DNA of 63,817 nucleotides, counting the filler, from Atractiella rhizophila (lineage: Eukaryota): NCBI GenBank assembly GCA_021432655.1. It is 11 parts of 11 records of this genome, joined end to end, with 100 filler letters (N's around TTAATTAATTAA, not from the genome) between each part and the next. Parts side by side here need not be neighbours in the genome. Positions count along the whole stretch, not along the records: positions 51,618 to 58,475 come from MU272261.1; positions 58,576 to 62,588 come from MU272270.1; positions 62,689 to 63,817 come from MU272297.1; 8 more parts are not named here. The stretch is one strand, 5' to 3'. The position numbers and the translations under genes were made by a program. Below are positions 57,884-63,817 of this stretch, piece by piece (the first letter of the stretch is position 1; every line of letters begins with the position of its first letter). A model generated the notes under the pieces. That model was not told the DNA's origin, did no database searches, and was given only the letters and a program-made list of their open reading frames with translations.

Positions 57884-58475
57884 TAGGCTTGGTACACGGG
57901 GAACCCGTGGCCCCGTGGGTTTTTCCGGGAGGTTTTGGCGCTCTGATGCCATCCCATACCCGCCCTCGAACCCTCAAGGGTTTCCCCGTCGTTGCAGGGG
58001 CATTCCCGCAGGATTGCTGGAAGGGGACGGGAGCCAAAGGGTTCACGGGACACTGACGGGATGGGAGGGGCGATATCAATATTATTATCCATGTACTCTA
58101 ACCTCTCTGCACAGTTCAATAATCATTAATCATTCACCTATCAATCAATCAATCAATCATCATGCTTCCCTCCCCGCGCTCCGCCTCCGCCGCCGCCTTC
58201 TTCCTTGCCGCCTCTGCTCCCTTCCTCTTCTTCCTGTCATTCTGTTTCACAGCTCCAAATAACTCCTTCATGGGAGGCATGAATCCATCCTGCTCCCAGA
58301 GCTTGAGCATCATGGCCGAACGAAAGACGGGGTCCGACAATTGATGACGCAAGTAAGAAACCGTCAGACGACCCCCTGAAAAGGCACGCTCAACATCCAC
58401 CGAAGTTGCTAGCACCTTCAATCAATGTAAAAAACAGAGATGAATGAAGCTGCATACCTGGGACTGCCATAATAT
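57884..58475 (-). mobile_element. 3' end of a hAT transposon: dimerisation domain plus candidate terminus
   Basis: IMAVP|ATSVDVERAFSGGRLTVSYLRHQLSDPVFRSAMMLKLW (stop at 58149, one intron). GC-rich subterminal region with CCCGTG/ACGGG motifs; end starts TAGGCTTG at 57884. Confidence 0.85.
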
Positions 58476-58575
58476 NNNNNNNNNNNNNNNNNNNNNNNNN
58501 NNNNNNNNNNNNNNNNNNNTTAATTAATTAANNNNNNNNNNNNNNNNNNNNNNNNNNNNNNNNNNNNNNNNNNNN
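58476..58575. other. Artificial scaffold linker
   Basis: N44-TTAATTAATTAA-N44. Confidence 0.98.
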
Positions 58576-60764
58576 GCCATGTCCCAGATCGCGTCTGAGT
58601 GCCCGACGAGTGTCGTGATCTTCATGCTCGGGTCGTACGGAGCATATGTCTCCCGATCCCGTGATGGGATTGCCCAGACGTGCACGGTCGCGTCTAGGGA
58701 GGAAGAGTAGATACGTTCCTGTTGTGTAGACAGTGCTATACTTGTTACGGTGGAGGAGTGGCCACGGAATGTGACTTGGGGTTCTGTCTCTGGTAATGAC
58801 GACCGCATGCTGTATTCCAATGTCAAACAACGTGGCAAAAAAAATGGGAAAGGATACGCACTTGTTCGCTCCCAAAGACTGAGACGATAACCGCCAGAAT
58901 TTCACGGTACAATCGTCACCTCCACTCGCAATACTAAGATCTTGCCAATCGAACGCAATGCAGCGGACCGAATCCAAATGGCTGTCATCCATCGCATCAC
59001 ATTAGACTTTCAGAACCAATTCTTGCTCGAAAGCGAGGGATGAAAACACACCTTCTCAACGTCTTCCGTGCCCTCCACACCTTATGTCCAGTCCCATTAG
59101 TCTCCTCCTTCTCGTCCTCCCACTTTTCCTCCCCTCCCCTCTCCCCAATCTCATCTTTCTTCTTCAGCTTTTCACTCTTAACAGCCATCCCCATTCCTTC
59201 CCCCGCCTTCCTCAGACGCTCCTTCCACTCCTCACTACTCCCCGGCCTAAAAATGGCCGTCACCCTGTTCCCAACTTGCGACTCATCATATTCGCTAGCT
59301 GCAGCGGATAGATCCTCATAATCTGAGCCGGCAAAAGCGGAGGCGACTACACCAGCGGAAGAAGGAGGAGAGGACCGGTGCTCGTTCCCTTGTTGAGATT
59401 GGATCTGGGGAGGTGCAGCCTTCTCTTTCTCACGGAGCATGGTGAACATGTCGCCCGCAATGTGGCTCCCCGATCCATGTGGAGCTTCCGACCCTACGTT
59501 CGCGACTGGTGGTGCACCAGTATGGGGTAGAGGTTCACCAGTGGACATCGTGGAGGGAGGAGGGACGGAGTTGAGGGATTTCCGGATGCGAGGGATGCCG
59601 GACCATGTGTGGCTTGGTAAGGGATTGAGGGTCGCGTTCGAAGTGAGGTAGGTGATTTCTTGCAAACACCTTTCAACACCAAAACCGTTCACCTATGTCA
59701 TCTGAGGAGAATGGAAGACGAACTGCTTCAAATAATCCCTGCTCCTGGCCTTCCCCCGTCCTACATTCACCCCTCCTCCTCCCGCTCCTACTCCACCCCA
59801 AGTCCCACCAAAACGGTCCGCGACGTTGGGGAGGTCTCCATCACCTTTCAAGAGCGGGGAGCTAGCACCGGAGTCCGTTCCTCCGCGTTCTATGCTCGCA
59901 AGTGCAGCCACCTTGGAAGGCGGTATTGCGGACGCTGGATGAGCAGGTAAGGAAGCAGGGTGCGGTGGGACGGAGGTGGGAGGAGAGCTGTTAGGTCCAC
60001 CGGGGTGCGGAATGGCGCTGTTCAGGTTCGAGGTGAGGTACTTGGACCGCTCTTGTTTGAGCGCGAATTCGAGCATCTTCACCCGACGCATTAAATCCGT
60101 CTTGAGATTCTCCATCGACCGTCGTTCTCCTTCGAGCAACGCTATCCGTGCCTGCAATCAACGGTACATTAGTATTCACAGGTTATTTGCTAATTTCAAG
60201 AAGGATCAAGTGTGGCATTGACACTTGTAGCTCAAAAAGCCTATGTCTGTCTCTGCTAAACACCTCCTTCAATTTAGAATGTACGTCATTGAACCCTTCT
60301 GCTTCTCCCACGCGTCAAGGGGATCTAATATAAATGCATATGCAGTAGACTGGTGCAGAACGACGGTGTCCTCAGCACGCTCAGTTTCTTTCGAAATTTT
60401 TTTGCTCCAACCTGAATGTAAAGAAACGCAGTACCCTCATCTCAGCTCTCTCAATCTCCCACTCGTTCCTATCCCTCTCAAACTTCCTCCACTCCGCCTG
60501 CAAATAATGCAGCACGTTCCCCAGATTCATATGCACCATCCCTCCACCACCACCCATGCTTCCCACGCCAACTCCTGGGGGACCCATATGCTGGACATGC
60601 TGCTGCTGTTGTTGTTGTTGGCCCTGTCCCTGTTGCTGTTGCTGCTGAGGAGGGTTTGGGTTCTGGTCGAATATGGACGGCGGCTGTTCCTGCGCGGAAT
60701 AGGAAGGCTGCGAGTTCTGAGGCAGAGAAATTGAGAGGGACGAGGGTGGCTGCCACGGCAACAT
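58576..60764 (-). CDS. Striatin (STRIPAK scaffold, Pro11/Far8 family); 3' truncated
   Basis: LGNVLHYLQAEWRKFERDRNEWEIERAEMR|ARIALLEGERRSMENLKTDLMRRVKMLEFALKQER; SRDYLKQ|CLQEITYL; WD40 repeats SHLDSVRCIAF..SGGDDCTVKFW and FRGHSSTVTS; poly-Q N-terminus. Confidence 0.95.
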
Positions 60765-61460
60765 TGCAGAATCGAGGAGGGTATTACGGGGGATTAGCGA
60801 AAAGAGGAGAAGAAGTGTCGTGCGTGGTCGTGTTCAGTCGGGAGATAGGGTTAGGGCTCCTCAGAAAAACATGCAATTGCAATGTTTGTGAAATAACATA
60901 GCATTACGAACAGTTGTGCAGCAGTATGATATGAGAGCGATACCGTGTGGTGTTAGGCTGTTGCTTAAGACGTTGAGTTGCTCAATTACAGACTTCGCCC
61001 AGTGTGTCTCTTTCCTCGTTCTTCCAGCTCGGGTACAACCACTGGGTTAGTATGACGCTTCTCCTTCTTGTTCCCGTCTTCCTTACTATCCCCTCTTTAG
61101 CTTCCTCTTTTAATTGGCGCAGCTTAGAGGTATTTTCTTTCGTTCGCCAAAGTCACGTGACCTGACTGAACCTCAATATTTATCCTGATTTTTTGGTGTC
61201 ATTAACAATGCCTGAAGAGGGATGGTTCTGAATTCATGAAGATCTTATTCTCTCCTCTCTATTAACCTGAAAATCTTTTGTTCTCTTGGCATGCAAATGG
61301 AAATTATAATGATTCTTGCAGTGCTGTACCAAGTTTATGCTGAGGATATGACGGTACAAAATTGTGGAAACAAACAACATTACTGATACAACCACAGACG
61401 TTAGTTCTGTTGGCTATGTCACGCGCAGTGACTGCTGAGTTGGAGATATTATGGTCTTGT

Positions 61461-62588
61461 TCACGGATTTCGTTCTTCTGGAGGTCTGGCGCTATTTCTC
61501 AGCCACACATTCACAATAAATAGACAGGACGAACCTCCACTTGACGCCCAATATTCTAAAGATTTCTTCTTCACTTTCTCCCGCCACCTTCTCCCCATTC
61601 GTCGTCTTCGCTCCTCCCGCCTGCTTCCTCAGTACCTGTCCAATACGTGAGCCTCTGGTGTTTTGTTGCACCACACAATTTGATGAGACGAACCCCTTTA
61701 TACAGTCCACATTGGTTCAGACTGTACCCCATATGCCGAGCCTTCAAACGCAAGGATCGGTTGAAAATATCGTTTCCAGTGAAGTAGATCCACGCCGCAC
61801 CACGTTCATCCCAGGGAACACCAAGAATATCTACTCTTTTGTTAACACCTGGTCTTCTGGAGGCAACGGAAAGTAACAGACCAATGCGGCGCTGTTTGCC
61901 ATCAGGGGTCGACTTGCAGAGCCCCATGTAACTGGAGTCGCCGTCATACAAATTATATGAGGGAGGGGACACGCACCGAAAACTGAGCGATTCGTAGCAA
62001 TCCGGTTCACCCAGATCGAAGGTGATAATGCCAGCTTCCTTGAGCCTTCCGAGGAGCGGCTTGATCAGACCTACGAAGAAAGATCAGCTTCATTAGGATA
62101 ACTATGGGCGGAAATATGGGCGGAAACGGAGCTGCAAACCTCTATGATCTCTTCCGTGCGTTGGATTTCTCGTCAAACAAAAGTCAATATCCCCACTATC
62201 CTTCGCTCCTCTCCTGTAGGATCCCATGATGGTCAACTCCAGCCGTTTGTCCAAGCCCCTTGCTACTTCCTTCACCTTCTTCCCGATCAATTCGATCTCC
62301 TCTCGAGGAATGCGACACTTCAAATCTTCGTAAAACCTCAACCCGATCTCCTGCGCCGTACTCAGCTTAATCCCTTCAAATGTGCGCTCTCGCAAGTCTT
62401 CGATCGTTCGCGCTCCAGCTCGATACCATTTCGACGCCGTTGTCTTTCCCACTCCTACAGAATAACTGCATGAGTATGCATTCTTGGAGAGGCAGGAGCG
62501 AACCGTAAATGTCACTGAATACGGAGACCACCTTATCTTCCTCTGTCACCATCTCTAAACGACGATGATTACCGGTCTTGACAATCTC
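61461..62588 (-). CDS. DNA polymerase X family, Pol lambda-like; 5' truncated
   Basis: GVGKTTASKWY, IGLRFYEDL..RIPREE, MGSYRRGAKDSGDIDF, RRI|DIL, YFTGNDIFNRSLR, SEEEIFRILGVKW|RPPEERNP*. Confidence 0.93.
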
Positions 62589-62688
62589 NNNNNNNNNNNN
62601 NNNNNNNNNNNNNNNNNNNNNNNNNNNNNNNNTTAATTAATTAANNNNNNNNNNNNNNNNNNNNNNNNNNNNNNNNNNNNNNNNNNNN
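62589..62688. other. Artificial scaffold linker
   Basis: N44-TTAATTAATTAA-N44. Confidence 0.98.
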
Positions 62689-63817
62689 TCCAACTCGCCC
62701 CTCTCCAAAATCTGGCTCGCGTCCCATCTCTCCTCCAAGCTCTCCAAAGCCGCCTTTCTCAGTCTCTCCATACCAACGACCATACCCTCCATCCTAGAGC
62801 CGCCCCAGAACGAACTGCCGTCGCTGCGTGTGTCCGGGCAGCTTTTGTTGGGCGTGGTACGCGTGTATTCGAGGAAGGCAAAGTATCTCTACGATGACTG
62901 TGGTGATGCGTTGCAAAGGATAAAGGGCGTGTTCTTGGGGATGACGAACAAAGGTGGTGGGAAAGTGGACATGGAGGAAGGGGAGGAGAGAGCGGACAAA
63001 AGAGCCATCACGAGGAGGAATGAGGGAGGCGCTTGGGATTTGGATTGGGAATGGCAGGGAGGGTTTGAGTGAGTTCTTTTTTACTTTCGACTGGTGTGTT
63101 GGGACCCGATAGTCCTGCGTGGCTTTCAAAATGGATGCCTTTAGATTCCTCTAACCTCTGCCATTTTCTGTGGATTGACATAGATGTAGTCATATGTGTA
63201 ACATTGCATGTCTAATGGCATGGCAAGTAGAAAACATTTGGTATGGAAAATCCATGCCCACTATACCCTCGTACTATCCGATAGCATTTTCTCAGACAAC
63301 AAGGGTCCCATGACGCAGGCACTCTTTATTTTTATTTTCTCTTTTCCTCAAAGTACGGCTCGCTAACTCTGTCTACCAGGGATGAACTTCAAGCTGCCCA
63401 AGGACAGAAGAAGAAGAAAGTTGCGGGCACGGCGAACGAAGAAGACATCACTCTCCCGTCCACCGGTCTCGAGACCAGTCTGATGGACGACACATACGCA
63501 TACGGTATGGACATGTTTGATTCCATCGAAGGAATCGGCTCTCAGGACTACGGTTACGGCGATGGGCTGGACCTTGGACTGGGAGACGAATACGACCTGC
63601 CGGGGAAGAAGGATGGTGAAGGGGATGAGGACGAGATGGATGTCGAGTTGGGACGTGACGCTTCTGTTTCTGCGAGAAGGGGAGGGGAGTATGGAGACAA
63701 CAGTCTCTTGGATGGACTTAATGACGTCTCTGGAGATGGTGAAGGGCTCGGATTGTTCGATAAGAGCCTGAGTGAAGATGGGAGGGGGCAAGAAGGCTTC
63801 GAGATGGACCCGTTGGG
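62689..63817 (+). CDS. RAD21: Cohesin kleisin subunit, Rad21/Rec8 family, Rad21-like; both ends truncated
   Basis: PLSKIWLASH..KLSK, SLRVSGQLLLGVVRVYSRKAKYLYDDC; ~310-nt intron (GTGAGT ~63069, GCTAAC, CAG ~63379); then EEDITL and VELGRDA. Confidence 0.88.

Overview
Fungal genomic DNA with dense, short GT-AG introns (about 45-55 nt). It is basidiomycete-like, probably Pucciniomycotina (inference from gene structure and protein sequences). The window is not one locus. It is 11 small scaffolds, mostly about 6.9 kb and in descending size order, joined by an artificial 100-nt linker (N44-TTAATTAATTAA-N44), so adjacency across linkers has no biological meaning. Recognisable genes, many truncated at scaffold ends: PET127, a patatin-STAND NTPase-TPR NLR-type receptor, an Mx-like dynamin GTPase, an F-box/LRR protein, a PPR protein, dynactin p62, a PI-PLC X-domain protein, a Upf1/Dna2-like SF1 helicase, a Moco-sulfurase-like PLP enzyme, an auxin-efflux-family transporter, an importin-5-like karyopherin, a bHLH factor, SEC23, striatin, a Pol X and RAD21. 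There are also transposon remnants (MITE, Tc1/IS630-like DDE, hAT). Two observations stand out. (1) Three blocks next to internal N gaps (23110-23778, 29469-32412, 44202-46456) are reversed but not complemented. Read backwards they complete the flanking dynamin, dynactin p62, importin and bHLH genes and reveal a hidden tandem pair of small genes that no six-frame translation shows. This is an assembly artefact, not biology. (2) The NLR's patatin domain keeps its catalytic Ser but lacks the oxyanion loop and catalytic Asp. It carries near-identical 120-bp TPR repeats, and a decayed paralog lies on another scaffold.
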